A stretch of 64,000 bases of DNA from Patescibacteria group bacterium (lineage in GTDB: Bacteria > Patescibacteriota > Patescibacteriia > Magasanikbacterales > JBBTQS01): the NCBI GenBank assembly GCA_038065555.1, contig JBBTQS010000004.1, positions 65 through 64,064 of the forward strand, in the 5' to 3' direction. A program made the position numbers and the translations under genes. Numbering within the stretch: the stretch's first letter is position 1; the number at the start of each line of letters is the position of its first letter. The notes below the pieces were generated by a model, which made no database searches, had not been told where the DNA came from, and worked only from the letters and a program-made list of their open reading frames with translations. This document shows positions 1-9,044 of this stretch, in pieces.

Positions 1-298
1 ACCCCCTACTCGTCATAGCCTTGGTGAGCCATTACCTCACCAACTAGCTGATAAGCCATAGGCCCCTCGCACACCGAAATTCTTTACATGAGAAAGTCAT
101 GCGACCCCTCATGTCCATCGTGTATTAGCGTCTCTTTCGAAACGTTATCCACGAGTGTGCGGTAGGTTACCAATGTGTTACGCACCCGTTTGCCACTAGA
201 CGTTCCCTTGATGTAATCGCAGAAACATCTCGTTCGACTTGCATGCCTCAGCCACGCCGCCATCGTTCGTCCTGAGCTAGGATCAAACTCTCAAATTT
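1..298 (-). rRNA. rrs: 16S rRNA, 5' portion (continues beyond window start)
   Basis: Reverse complement reads AGAGTTTGATCCTAGCTCAGGACGAACG...GCATGCAAGTCGAACG...CAGCTAGTTGGTGAGGTAATGGCTCACCAAGGC, typical 16S 5' domain; exact 5' end approximate. Confidence 0.97.
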
Positions 299-383
299 GA
301 GAGAATAGATTCTTTCTTGTTTTGATGGTATTTGATTCTCTGTCTGCGACAGGTGTCACAGAATTTGTCAACGGACTGGGGGA

Positions 384-412
384 AGTGTACAAGGACAGCC
401 CTACCCTGTCAA
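384..412 (-). promoter_or_regulatory. sigma70-type promoter for rRNA
   Basis: TTGACA-N17-TACACT on minus strand about 85 nt upstream of 16S. Confidence 0.7.
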
Positions 413-503
413 GAGCATGTTCAAACGTACTGTGTATAAGTGACCAAAACCCTGTCAACATTGGATTTTTGTCACGTACAGCGGGGCAAAATTAGCCACG
501 TTC

Positions 504-1034
504 TCACTCCGAATACTTCACGGCTTTGAGCGCGCTGAGGCAGGACTTGGGGATATCGGTCGGTGTGCGCTCTGGCGTGTGCTGAACAACGAGCATTTCA
601 CTGTCAAGAACCAGCTTGACTGCAGTGCGATCGGATGATGCGCCTCGCTGGCTGGATTCCCAAGCAGATTTGCTCATCACATAGTAGCGCACCCAGCTCC
701 CAACCCAGAGATCGGAGCCTGGGACGATGACGTCCAGGCGCATCTGCACCGGTGCCACCTCGTCTCCCACAGTCACGGCAAATACATCTCTGCATTCCTG
801 TGTTGTTACGATTGCAAAGGGATAGGTCGGATCATGGAACAGCACCTCCCCATACACAGGCGCCACAGGAAAGGCAGGATCGCCTTGGACTTCTTCGATG
901 GGAGCCACGACCTCGACTTGTGGCTGGGGTGCAGCAGTGTGCTCATCGCGTTGTTCCAATAATACGTAGGTGATACCCGATCCTGCAGCAAGAATGATGA
1001 TGAACAGGAGCTCAGCGAGCAGTCTCTTTGACAT
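504..1034 (-). CDS. Hypothetical membrane-anchored protein
   Basis: 176-aa ORF with N-terminal TM helix, 2 nt downstream of trmD. Confidence 0.7.
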   Translation of the reverse strand: MSKRLLAELLFIIILAAGSGITYVLLEQRDEHTAAPQPQVEVVAPIEEVQGDPAFPVAPVYGEVLFHDPTYPFAIVTTQECRDVFAVTVGDEVAPVQMRLDVIVPGSDLWVGSWVRYYVMSKSAWESSQRGASSDRTAVKLVLDSEMLVVQHTPERTPTDIPKSCLSALKAVKYSE

Positions 1035-1036
1035 AG

Positions 1037-1729
1037 TTATTTCTTGCGTGATTCAGATCGCCACTTGGCAATCGCTGCATGGTTGCCAGAGAGGAGAATC
1101 GCTGGCACTTCCCACGAACCGAACTTCTCTGGACGCGTGTATTGTGGATATTCAGCACCTTGGTCATCATCCCCTTTGCCAAATGTCTCCTGATCAAGCG
1201 ATTCCTGGTTGCCCAGCACCCCAGGAACAAGACGACTCACAGCCTCGATCATGGTGAGCGCTGGGAGCTCGCCGCCAGCGAGGACGAAGTCTCCGATCGA
1301 AACCTCTTCGTCCACGCAGAATTCTGCGACGCGGTGGTCCACGCCTTCGTAGCGACCGCAAACAAAGACAATCCGATCGTACTTCTCTACCCACTCCTCT
1401 GCTACACGCTGAGTGAAAGTGCGACCGCGTGGAGACATGAGGACGGTGTGGGTGCGCTCATCGTGCGTGCCTTCTGCTGCATTGGCCTTGGGAGAGAGCG
1501 CATTGTGCGCAGCAAGCGCGCGATGCCACGGCTCCACACGCATAACCATGCCTGGGCCGCCGCCATAGGGCGAATCATCGACGGTCTGGTGCTTGTCGAT
1601 GGCGTAGTCGCGGAGATTGATCGATTCGATCTTGATCGCGCCTGCTTCTTGGCCGCGGCCGAGAATGCTCTCGTCGGCGTAATTACGGATGAGATCTGGG
1701 AAAATGGTAATGACGGAGAATGTTTTCAT
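1037..1729 (-). CDS. trmD: tRNA (guanine37-N1)-methyltransferase
   Basis: ITIFP, DDSPYGGGPGMVM, VCGRYEGVD, SIGDFVLAGGELPA, YTRP, LLSGNH motifs; start moved to MKTFSV at 1729. Confidence 0.97.
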   Translation of the reverse strand: MKTFSVITIFPDLIRNYADESILGRGQEAGAIKIESINLRDYAIDKHQTVDDSPYGGGPGMVMRVEPWHRALAAHNALSPKANAAEGTHDERTHTVLMSPRGRTFTQRVAEEWVEKYDRIVFVCGRYEGVDHRVAEFCVDEEVSIGDFVLAGGELPALTMIEAVSRLVPGVLGNQESLDQETFGKGDDDQGAEYPQYTRPEKFGSWEVPAILLSGNHAAIAKWRSESRKK

Positions 1730-1770
1730 ACGTGTGTAGCATACGCTACTAGGTATATTTTGCAAAAAGT

Positions 1771-1806
1771 AGAAGCCCTCCAACGATGAATCATTGGAGG
1801 GCTTCT
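1771..1806 (-). terminator. Intrinsic terminator after helicase gene
   Basis: AGAAGCCCTCCAA/TTGGAGGGCTTCT inverted repeat, T-rich tail on minus strand. Confidence 0.7.
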
Positions 1807-1839
1807 GTTAGTTAGAGGCAGTGGATGAAACACCGAACC

Positions 1840-4479
1840 TCATCGGACTGAAGATATCAACTCGTACAGTTCTTGCAGTTGATACCAATGCACTGAACGC
1901 CGTAGCCTTCGCAACGCTCCAGCTTCCATTTGGCGGATTCGTTCTCGAGTGAGATTGAATATGCGTCCAACCTCCTCGAGAGAAAGTGGTTCCTCGCCAC
2001 CCAGCCCGTACCGCAACATGAGGATCTTGGATTGCTTCACAGAGAGAACACTGAAGACCGAACCCAGAAGATCGGAAACGACCTGTGGGAATGTACACTG
2101 AACCATGATCGACTCGGGGTCCTGTTTTAGACCCTCAAGACGTCCACCCAATGCATCCCAGCCGATCTCGACTCCTGCACTCAGTTGCGTCTTATCCCGG
2201 TACATCTCAGTCGTGAGGTGTTCAAGATCTTCCGCACACCATCCCCAGTCTGTCACTCCAGTGACATCCCCATAATTGTGGTTCTTGTAAACTTGGAATG
2301 CCCCCTCAGGAAAGAACCGCGCCATGAAAACGACGTAAGAAATCTTCTCTGCCATTATGCCGCAGTATCGCAGAAGTGTAGCGCCTGTCCCCACGAAGAG
2401 CTCATGTCGGAAGATGACCCACCGAAACTCTTGGTAGAACGGGATTTTGTCCTCGGTAATGTGAGGTGATGAGAGGAGAAGTGTCCGGAGCTGCTCCGTG
2501 TTCTTGGGGTCCAGGGTTGGTCTACCGTAGTACCCTTCGAACACAATCCTCCGCTGTACCGTTACCGACTCGACATTGCCGAACTCCCGATTCTTCGTAG
2601 GCTTTGGCCTTGCTTCGTCGCTCTTCCGCTGTTTTTGCGAACCTATGAGCTCTCCTTGCTCATAGGTCGGCATATTCCAGTCGAAGAGATCAAGCGGAAG
2701 GATAGGCGGCTCCCGCAGCCCCTTCGGAATGATCACGCACACCATCGCCTCCTCCGTACCCCACTTCGTGAGAGGTCGGAAGAACTTCTGAGTAGCGCGC
2801 ACCCACGAACGTACCGGCGCCAGGTCAATGAGCAGTTTGCACCGTGGTGCATTCCACCCCTCGATCAGGACACCGACGTTGATGATCGTGTCAACAACCC
2901 CATCGTCGAACGATCTGAGAATTGTGTCCCGACCTCGGGTTTCGCCGATCACCACCGCCGGCTCAGGTGTTCCAGGAGGACGCCTGAGTTTGAAGTAGTG
3001 AGCGAGATCGCCCGCTTGCTGACGCGTAACACAGCATAACAAGGCACTCTTCTTTCGATTCTCATCCGAGTAGCGACATTGAAGTGCTGCTTCCAGGAAT
3101 GGAACGTCAGACATGATCTTTCCAAGCTCATCCTCATCGTAGCCTTCTTCCCCGATTACTCGAACTGTGGAGGCGTTTCGATCCACCTCCGCAACCCAGA
3201 GTCGCATAGGTGCGACCATTTCGAGTTCGAGAGCTTCCGTAATCGTGATCTCATGGATGAGTCTCTTAAAGTATCGAGCCAACCGTCTTTCGTAGCTGTA
3301 ATTCGGCGTTGCAGTGAAGGCTACTCGAATAGCGAGAATGTGGAAGCCTTGCTTGATCACCTTCTGTCGCGCCACAGTCATACTGGCATGCGCCTCATCG
3401 AAGCAGACCAGCGATGAGCAGGCGAGCTCTGGCGGAAGACAGCCATGCTCGGCAAAAAGATTCTGGAGACTCTGGTAGGTGATGACGTTGATGCCCCACC
3501 AAACCAAACTCTTCTCTGAGTCATAGTAGGCGCCGATAGGAACATTCGGAAGCTGCGCACGCAACTCTCGTACCGTTTGTACCACCAACGCCCGCCGAGG
3601 AACGACGACTGTAGTCATCATCCCCGAACCCATCGCGATCTGCCCCATGAGAACCGTCTTACCGGTTCGAGGTGGCAGGATGATGCGCGCAGTAGGTGTG
3701 TCTGCCTCGTACAACTCCGGATTAGTCGCGACCTCTCTGAGGTACTCAGCAAAGTCGAGGTAAACCCCTATCTGCCGCTCGTAGAGTACACGACTAGACC
3801 CAGGTACCCCCCCACCCTCGAGCATGCCGATCCGATGCGCGGCGCGCATCAACCGGTCAGTCATGGAGAGAGAGGATTGTTCGAATTCCAGGAAGTGTGT
3901 GACTTCACCTTTGTCTTCCAGGACTCCGTCCTCTTCGAGTGTTCTCGGCTTCATCGACGAATAAACCGGCGCTCCGAAGAGCTTTCGGATATTGGCGTCA
4001 TTTCCCGAGTTATGACTCGTCGTGAAGGCGAGTCGAACGGCTCGGAAGTAGTCGATGGCATGTCGGTACTTGAGAACGTTCACTTCCTGCACATCATCAA
4101 TGATGAGGAGAGCGAACGCATCGGGGTTGAATCCGAACATCGTGTGGAGCGACTCCATAGTGGTTAGAAGGATGTCGCAGGAATACACTTCCGGCGCTTC
4201 ACCCTTCCCCACGAAGACGCTGACACCCAGATCACCCACGGACTCGAGCAGTTCCTCGCGGAGTTGATCTAGTGGCGCTTCAGACTCAAAGAGCAAACAC
4301 ACTCGACCTCGTGCAGCTTCGATCCAAAGCCTCAATACGAGACCGTAGACGTAAGTCCTGTCGAGATCGCTGTTGAGGCACAGAGCCTTTTCACGACCCT
4401 CAGCGAAATGAGTCAGAACTGCCTCAGCACACGCCTCCTCCATATCGAATACCATCATTGCATTCTGCTGCATCATCAT
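1840..4479 (-). CDS. SF2 (DEAH) helicase with N-terminal degenerate helicase domain and C-terminal sigma70 region 4
   Basis: PPRTGKT, ITYQSL, CFDEAH, FTATP, VLIEGWNAP motifs; C-terminal LRYGL..PLSLEEVGRIFNLTRERIRQMEAGALRRLR; GGAG SD before ATG 4479. Confidence 0.88.
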   Translation of the reverse strand: MMMQQNAMMVFDMEEACAEAVLTHFAEGREKALCLNSDLDRTYVYGLVLRLWIEAARGRVCLLFESEAPLDQLREELLESVGDLGVSVFVGKGEAPEVYSCDILLTTMESLHTMFGFNPDAFALLIIDDVQEVNVLKYRHAIDYFRAVRLAFTTSHNSGNDANIRKLFGAPVYSSMKPRTLEEDGVLEDKGEVTHFLEFEQSSLSMTDRLMRAAHRIGMLEGGGVPGSSRVLYERQIGVYLDFAEYLREVATNPELYEADTPTARIILPPRTGKTVLMGQIAMGSGMMTTVVVPRRALVVQTVRELRAQLPNVPIGAYYDSEKSLVWWGINVITYQSLQNLFAEHGCLPPELACSSLVCFDEAHASMTVARQKVIKQGFHILAIRVAFTATPNYSYERRLARYFKRLIHEITITEALELEMVAPMRLWVAEVDRNASTVRVIGEEGYDEDELGKIMSDVPFLEAALQCRYSDENRKKSALLCCVTRQQAGDLAHYFKLRRPPGTPEPAVVIGETRGRDTILRSFDDGVVDTIINVGVLIEGWNAPRCKLLIDLAPVRSWVRATQKFFRPLTKWGTEEAMVCVIIPKGLREPPILPLDLFDWNMPTYEQGELIGSQKQRKSDEARPKPTKNREFGNVESVTVQRRIVFEGYYGRPTLDPKNTEQLRTLLLSSPHITEDKIPFYQEFRWVIFRHELFVGTGATLLRYCGIMAEKISYVVFMARFFPEGAFQVYKNHNYGDVTGVTDWGWCAEDLEHLTTEMYRDKTQLSAGVEIGWDALGGRLEGLKQDPESIMVQCTFPQVVSDLLGSVFSVLSVKQSKILMLRYGLGGEEPLSLEEVGRIFNLTRERIRQMEAGALRRLRRSVHWYQLQELYELISSVR

Positions 4480-4559
4480 GATCTTTATCTCCAAGGTTTG
4501 ATCGGAATGAAAAGAGCGGTGCTGGAGAAATCCGAGCACAGTCTTGAAGATAACAAGGC

Positions 4560-4627
4560 ATACTACTAAGGATTTACCAAGTTGTCAATATAGCAAAAGC
4601 CCCAACCACGCGTCGCGCAGTTAGGGC
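4560..4627 (-). promoter_or_regulatory. Terminator-like hairpin followed by sigma70 promoter for helicase gene
   Basis: Hairpin 4599-4627 plus T-run, then TTGACA(4588-4583)-N17-TAGTAT(4565-4560). Confidence 0.7.
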
Positions 4628-4652
4628 CTCATTGTCTCTGTTGTCACACACG

Positions 4653-5261
4653 TCACCACACCATTTGCTTGCGCAGTTGCCTGATCCTGATGGCGAACGC
4701 CACAAACCCAATGGACAGGATCTGGTGCGCCACGAGCCATGGTGAATGCTGCTCGTACATGAGCCATGCGCAACTCACATGCATGAACACAAGCCACCAG
4801 TATCCACTGATTCGCTGGTGCGCGAGTTGGTAGGTCCCCGCAAGGAACCCAACCACCAATCCGATTTCCAGCCACTGCGTGAACTGTTCCATCACACCAA
4901 GATCACGAAAGCTCAGCGCGATTCCCAAGACAATACAGATGTTGGCGATATGATCGATGAGTCGCGGTGTTGCAACGCGAGTCCCAATCTGCCGCGCAGC
5001 GCGCAGCCCGATCACCATCGATGGCAGAGCGCTGAGCTCAAGGAGCGCAGCAATCCAGTTGCGCCATGAAGCGAATACCACCACCCATGGCAACAAACCA
5101 GCAATGTACGTCCACCAACCCAGCACCAGAGCGCGCGACGCTTCTTGTTGTCGTCGCCGCAACACGAGCCATTCATATCGCGCGAAGAACATCTTGTTGA
5201 GCAGATAGAGTACCCCTCCGATGATCTGCAAAACAAGCGAGACGGTTTCGTTGAGATCCAT
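4653..5261 (-). CDS. Multi-pass membrane protein, possibly PnuC-like transporter
   Basis: About 7 hydrophobic helices in two similar halves (..GWW.. / ..GYWW..); GGAGG SD before ATG 5261. Confidence 0.6.
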   Translation of the reverse strand: MDLNETVSLVLQIIGGVLYLLNKMFFARYEWLVLRRRQQEASRALVLGWWTYIAGLLPWVVVFASWRNWIAALLELSALPSMVIGLRAARQIGTRVATPRLIDHIANICIVLGIALSFRDLGVMEQFTQWLEIGLVVGFLAGTYQLAHQRISGYWWLVFMHVSCAWLMYEQHSPWLVAHQILSIGFVAFAIRIRQLRKQMVW

Positions 5262-5345
5262 GACCACCTCCACAAAATAGAAACCCCCCGACACGCGTTG
5301 CGCATCGAGGGGTACAGAGCCACTGCGCTGTCTTGCGGCGAACGA

Positions 5346-5564
5346 TCAGAAGTCTCTGACCAAATCCGCCCGCACAACCCGCATGACGATGTTGCTGTCG
5401 TGATTGCGCAGTGGGATGAGGTCATAGCTGACCATCGTCCCCGAGGCGCAGTCACGTGCAAAAGGCTCCTGCGACAGTTCGTGTGCCAGTCTGGCAGCAC
5501 GATCTGTCGATTCGTTGTCACGCGCGATCTGCTGCGTGATCACACTCTCGACCTGTTGATCCAT
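5346..5564 (-). CDS. Small hypothetical protein (72 aa)
   Basis: Own promoter TTGACA(5659-5654)-N17-TAGGAT, GGGGGT before ATG, downstream hairpin at 5283-5313. Confidence 0.5.
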   Translation of the reverse strand: MDQQVESVITQQIARDNESTDRAARLAHELSQEPFARDCASGTMVSYDLIPLRNHDSNIVMRVVRADLVRDF

Positions 5565-5738
5565 GGACACCCCCAATTGTCGACGTTCGCCCAACTTCTC
5601 ACGCACAATACGCGAGTCGATGGACGCTGCATCCTACCGTTTGTACCGCCACTTGTCAACTACTCTCCAATGAACAAACCCTCTGCCTGTGAAGACAAAG
5701 GGTTTGCGGTTCGCGAGCAGCGTTCGCTGCTCGGGGTG

Positions 5739-5978
5739 CTACTTGAGGCCGTTCCCCGCCGGCTGCGGAAGGATCGCAGACATCACCGTGTGCTGCGCCT
5801 GCACCTGTGGCTGCGACGACGGACGTGGCATGGCTAGGCGTTGAAGCCGACTCAGCGGCGCCGTCTCGGGGCACCACACTCCGGGAGGAAGATTCGACGT
5901 GCGATACGTCGAACGGACTATCTGATTCGAAGACACGGTTTTGGTTGATCCTTGCCAGTGTTGATCACCTACCATCAC
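5739..5978 (-). CDS. Small hypothetical protein (79 aa)
   Basis: Promoter TTGACA(6034-6029)-N17-TAGACT upstream; terminator 5675-5706 downstream. Confidence 0.4.
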   Translation of the reverse strand: MMVGDQHWQGSTKTVSSNQIVRSTYRTSNLPPGVWCPETAPLSRLQRLAMPRPSSQPQVQAQHTVMSAILPQPAGNGLK

Positions 5979-6008
5979 AGACCTTCTGTGAGAAGTGACT
6001 CAGGCAGT

Positions 6009-7415
6009 CTATGCTGGTTGCGCATTTTTGTCAACCGCGCTGTAGACAAATAATATTCCAAGAATCGCAATACCCACAGGATGATTCAAAAAAGGCGAAA
6101 CGAGATGTACAACCACAAGTGCAATCACACTACACACAACCCACGGCTGTGCACCGCGAAATATGAACACGAGGAATCCAACGAAAACCAACACACCGAC
6201 CATCCCGACTTCCATCCACATATCCAACCACCCGAGTTCGAGTGCTGCAGTCGTAAACTGTCCTTGCTCACGCAAGTCCGTACTCTCGTACGTGATCGCC
6301 GTGCCAAATCCAGACCCAAGAATTGGAGCTGACTTGATCTGCGTCCACATTGGTCCTGCTTGCGCCACACGATTTTGCACACCAGGCTCACCTGTAGTGA
6401 AGATTTCTTTTTGAATCGAAGGTGTGCCGCTGTGCAACCACGCAAGCGTCGTGCCCACTCCCATGATAAGCAGCGTGCTCGCGATGACCAGACCAACGAC
6501 AATCATTTTTGTCTTCACAACGACACCGAACTGTTTGCGCACGTACCACAATGCCATGCAACCAAGACCAGCAATCGCACCCAACCAAAAACTTCTAAAT
6601 AATGTAAGCACCACAGTGCTCACAACAATCAGTAGAGCAACGACCGTCCATTTCTGCACTGCGCGCTCACGCACCTGCACTATCAACTGCGCCACCAAAT
6701 ACACCAGGACTGGCAGAAGTATGAGCTGCGGCCACTCGTAGATGCGCCACATCCCGTAGGATGCTGGAGCGATTTGCCCGCCACTGGTCTGTCTCACAAA
6801 ATGATACAAATATGTTGCAACGGCACTCCCCGCTCCTGCAGTGAGCACAAAAATCAACCACGCTTTGGCACACAAGAACACGACACCCGCGCGTACAAGC
6901 GACGACACTTGTGAGAACCACTGCGCACGATGCGCGCGAGTAGCAAGATCGAACACAGGCAATACTGCCGCGAAGTACAGCCAGTTATTTCCGTCAGCAA
7001 GCACACGAGCTATGGGCAGATGCTCAATCCACGCACCATTCACCAATCCCCACATGATTACAGCAAGCATGGCAAGTATTGCGCGCACAGTGCGCTCTCG
7101 CATCAGCGCTGCAACACGTCGCTTGCGCACCACATCAATGATCCACGCCAGCATCACCACACCGAAGAGTCCCATGCGCAACGAAATCACCGCACCACCT
7201 GCATGTAATTCCAGGAGATGCCCATTACCACTCGTGAAGATCTCAGCAATCAGTGCAAGCACTCCATACTCCAACCGACGCAATGCAAGCACAAAGACAG
7301 CAACAACAAGCAGACCACACAAGACAGTCTCCACCTGCGCCGTACGGAAGACGACGAGACTCACGAGCGTGATCGCACTCAACCCAAGCAACCAATTTCG
7401 AAATGTATTGTCCAT
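6009..7415 (-). CDS. O-antigen ligase/polymerase (Wzy_C-like) membrane protein
   Basis: About 12 TM helices; LTLFRSFWLG, R...W..I...PILGSGFG, W.EVGMVG pattern. Confidence 0.8.
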   Translation of the reverse strand: MDNTFRNWLLGLSAITLVSLVVFRTAQVETVLCGLLVVAVFVLALRRLEYGVLALIAEIFTSGNGHLLELHAGGAVISLRMGLFGVVMLAWIIDVVRKRRVAALMRERTVRAILAMLAVIMWGLVNGAWIEHLPIARVLADGNNWLYFAAVLPVFDLATRAHRAQWFSQVSSLVRAGVVFLCAKAWLIFVLTAGAGSAVATYLYHFVRQTSGGQIAPASYGMWRIYEWPQLILLPVLVYLVAQLIVQVRERAVQKWTVVALLIVVSTVVLTLFRSFWLGAIAGLGCMALWYVRKQFGVVVKTKMIVVGLVIASTLLIMGVGTTLAWLHSGTPSIQKEIFTTGEPGVQNRVAQAGPMWTQIKSAPILGSGFGTAITYESTDLREQGQFTTAALELGWLDMWMEVGMVGVLVFVGFLVFIFRGAQPWVVCSVIALVVVHLVSPFLNHPVGIAILGILFVYSAVDKNAQPA

Positions 7416-7472
7416 AACAACAAATGCGCTCGCGGCAAGTATACCGTGAGCGCATTTATATTCGCAACAGAA

Positions 7473-7820
7473 CTAGATAGTGAAATCGTCGATTGCTGAG
7501 GTGTCTACTTCTTCAGGCAATGCGCTAGGCGTCATCTGCTGATCCTGATCGTCAGATTGCTGACGAGGACCACGCGAGCCTTCTGGTTCGTAGATGCGAA
7601 CGTTCACGCGCGCATTGTTCTTCGCACCAACGGTGCGGACAAGGCGGCGGATCGCTTCCGCAGTCTGACCTGAGCGACCGATAACGTACCCCATGTCCGA
7701 AGGGTTCACGTACAGAGTGAGCAACACACCGCGTTCATCGACTTTGCGTTCTACACGAACGTCTGCCGGATTGTTCACGAGTGCTTTGACCAGGTCCTCG
7801 AGGAACTTCTGATCTTCCAT
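7473..7820 (-). CDS. khpA: KH-domain RNA-binding protein KhpA
   Basis: LVKALVNNP..V, DMGYVIGRSGQTAEAIRRL; start at MEDQKF. Confidence 0.92.
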   Translation of the reverse strand: MEDQKFLEDLVKALVNNPADVRVERKVDERGVLLTLYVNPSDMGYVIGRSGQTAEAIRRLVRTVGAKNNARVNVRIYEPEGSRGPRQQSDDQDQQMTPSALPEEVDTSAIDDFTI

Positions 7821-7977
7821 AGTGCTTGTTCTACTATTTCGAGAGTGCTTGCCGCGGCTGGCGACCCTTTCAGACCGTGCTGTCTGACACAGCTGCTGGC
7901 AGGCTGTTGCGAGTATACCATAGAGGTTTTTTTGCTCGCAACAGACGCACAAACACAAACGCTTCGCACAGACGAAC

Positions 7978-8065
7978 GCCCCAAACCCTTTGGGAGCTTC
8001 GTTCGCAAGTCCTCCCCGTAAACTGAGGTCCGGGCTTACTCACGAACTCCCAAAGGGTTTGGGGC
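7978..8065. repeat. Hairpin element family A, copy 1
   Basis: 19-bp perfect IR (7978-7996 / 8047-8065) enclosing a core similar to 15166-15213 in opposite orientation. Confidence 0.85.
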
Positions 8066-8116
8066 TCTCGGTTATACGACGCGTGTACGTGTGCATCGGT
8101 TGCGCGTAAAAAAGAT

Positions 8117-8153
8117 GAACCGCTCAGGAAGACGTGTGTCTTCTGAGCGGTTC
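8117..8153 (-). terminator. Intrinsic terminator
   Basis: GAACCGCTCAG...CTGAGCGGTTC stem, T-run on minus strand. Confidence 0.65.
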
Positions 8154-8217
8154 GGGGATCACGCGGGGTGGGCGCATGGGAGGGATGCGGGGCGCGTGAT
8201 TTTGGAGTCGTGGGTTG

Positions 8218-8835
8218 TCAGGGAATGAGCGTGGGGCTGTCGGCGGTACGTCGGCCGACGAGGACTGGTGTGAAGTTGTCGAACAACTCGTTCTCTGTCA
8301 GCACCATCGAGATGCCGTAGAGACGACCGGCGTACGGCTTGATCTCGACACAGGGTGCGTGCTGACGACCATGCACATCAGTGACAGGAGTTGAAGCGCT
8401 TGTCCAGGCGCAGTACTCGACGCGTGTGATGCCGAACTCCTCCTTTGTGAGATCGAGTTGCACACGTTTGATAGGCGCTGCGTACTCAGACTCCGAGATG
8501 AGCAGCGTGCAGTACTTCTGCGCCTTGGTTACCGCAGTGAAGACCGCCTTCCTTTTCTCCTTCTCATCTGACCACTGAATGGTCACCCTACCGTAGACCG
8601 GAATAGGCAATTCGATCGCATCGTGGACGAGCGCGTCCGACGTTGCGACACACAGCAATGCCTGAAACTCGTGTGACCTTGGTTGGGCGACCTTCTTTGC
8701 CAGCTCCTCGGCCGGTGTCAAAGGGTACTCATCACGGCAGCCCGCGCTAATCGCGAGGATGACGAACGTGATGAGAAGAGCGAAGACGAACGCACCAAAT
8801 CGGTAGTGCGTCTTCATGCTTTTATCGAGTGCCAT
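8218..8835 (-). CDS. Hypothetical lipoprotein/membrane-anchored protein
   Basis: Hydrophobic signal ending ISAGC (lipobox-like); GAGG SD; promoter TTGACA-N17-TATGGT at 8982-8954. Confidence 0.7.
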   Translation of the reverse strand: MALDKSMKTHYRFGAFVFALLITFVILAISAGCRDEYPLTPAEELAKKVAQPRSHEFQALLCVATSDALVHDAIELPIPVYGRVTIQWSDEKEKRKAVFTAVTKAQKYCTLLISESEYAAPIKRVQLDLTKEEFGITRVEYCAWTSASTPVTDVHGRQHAPCVEIKPYAGRLYGISMVLTENELFDNFTPVLVGRRTADSPTLIP

Positions 8836-8976
8836 GAAAAGATCCTCATGCGCGCTAGTAACCGAGCGCGAACGGTGTAGGACTTCGGCTTGTGGCCGTG
8901 TCTTCAGCAAGTGCTCGAATTTCGAGCGTTTGCTGCAAATACGGAGACGCATCACCATAGCATAGAATTTCGATTT

Positions 8977-9023
8977 TGTCAAGACAAAACGAAACCACCC
9001 AGCGTGTGAGGCCAGGTGGTGCG
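8977..9023 (-). repeat. Terminator/-35 module, direct repeat copy 1
   Basis: tgtcaagacaaaacgaaaccacccagcgtgtgaggccaggtggtgcg, near-identical to 10747-10794. Confidence 0.9.
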
Positions 9024-9044
9024 TTGTGTTGGTCGGATGTCACT

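Noticed and set aside
1890-2050. Stand-alone sigma factor gene
   Set aside because: Region 4 is in frame with the helicase and no region 2 is present
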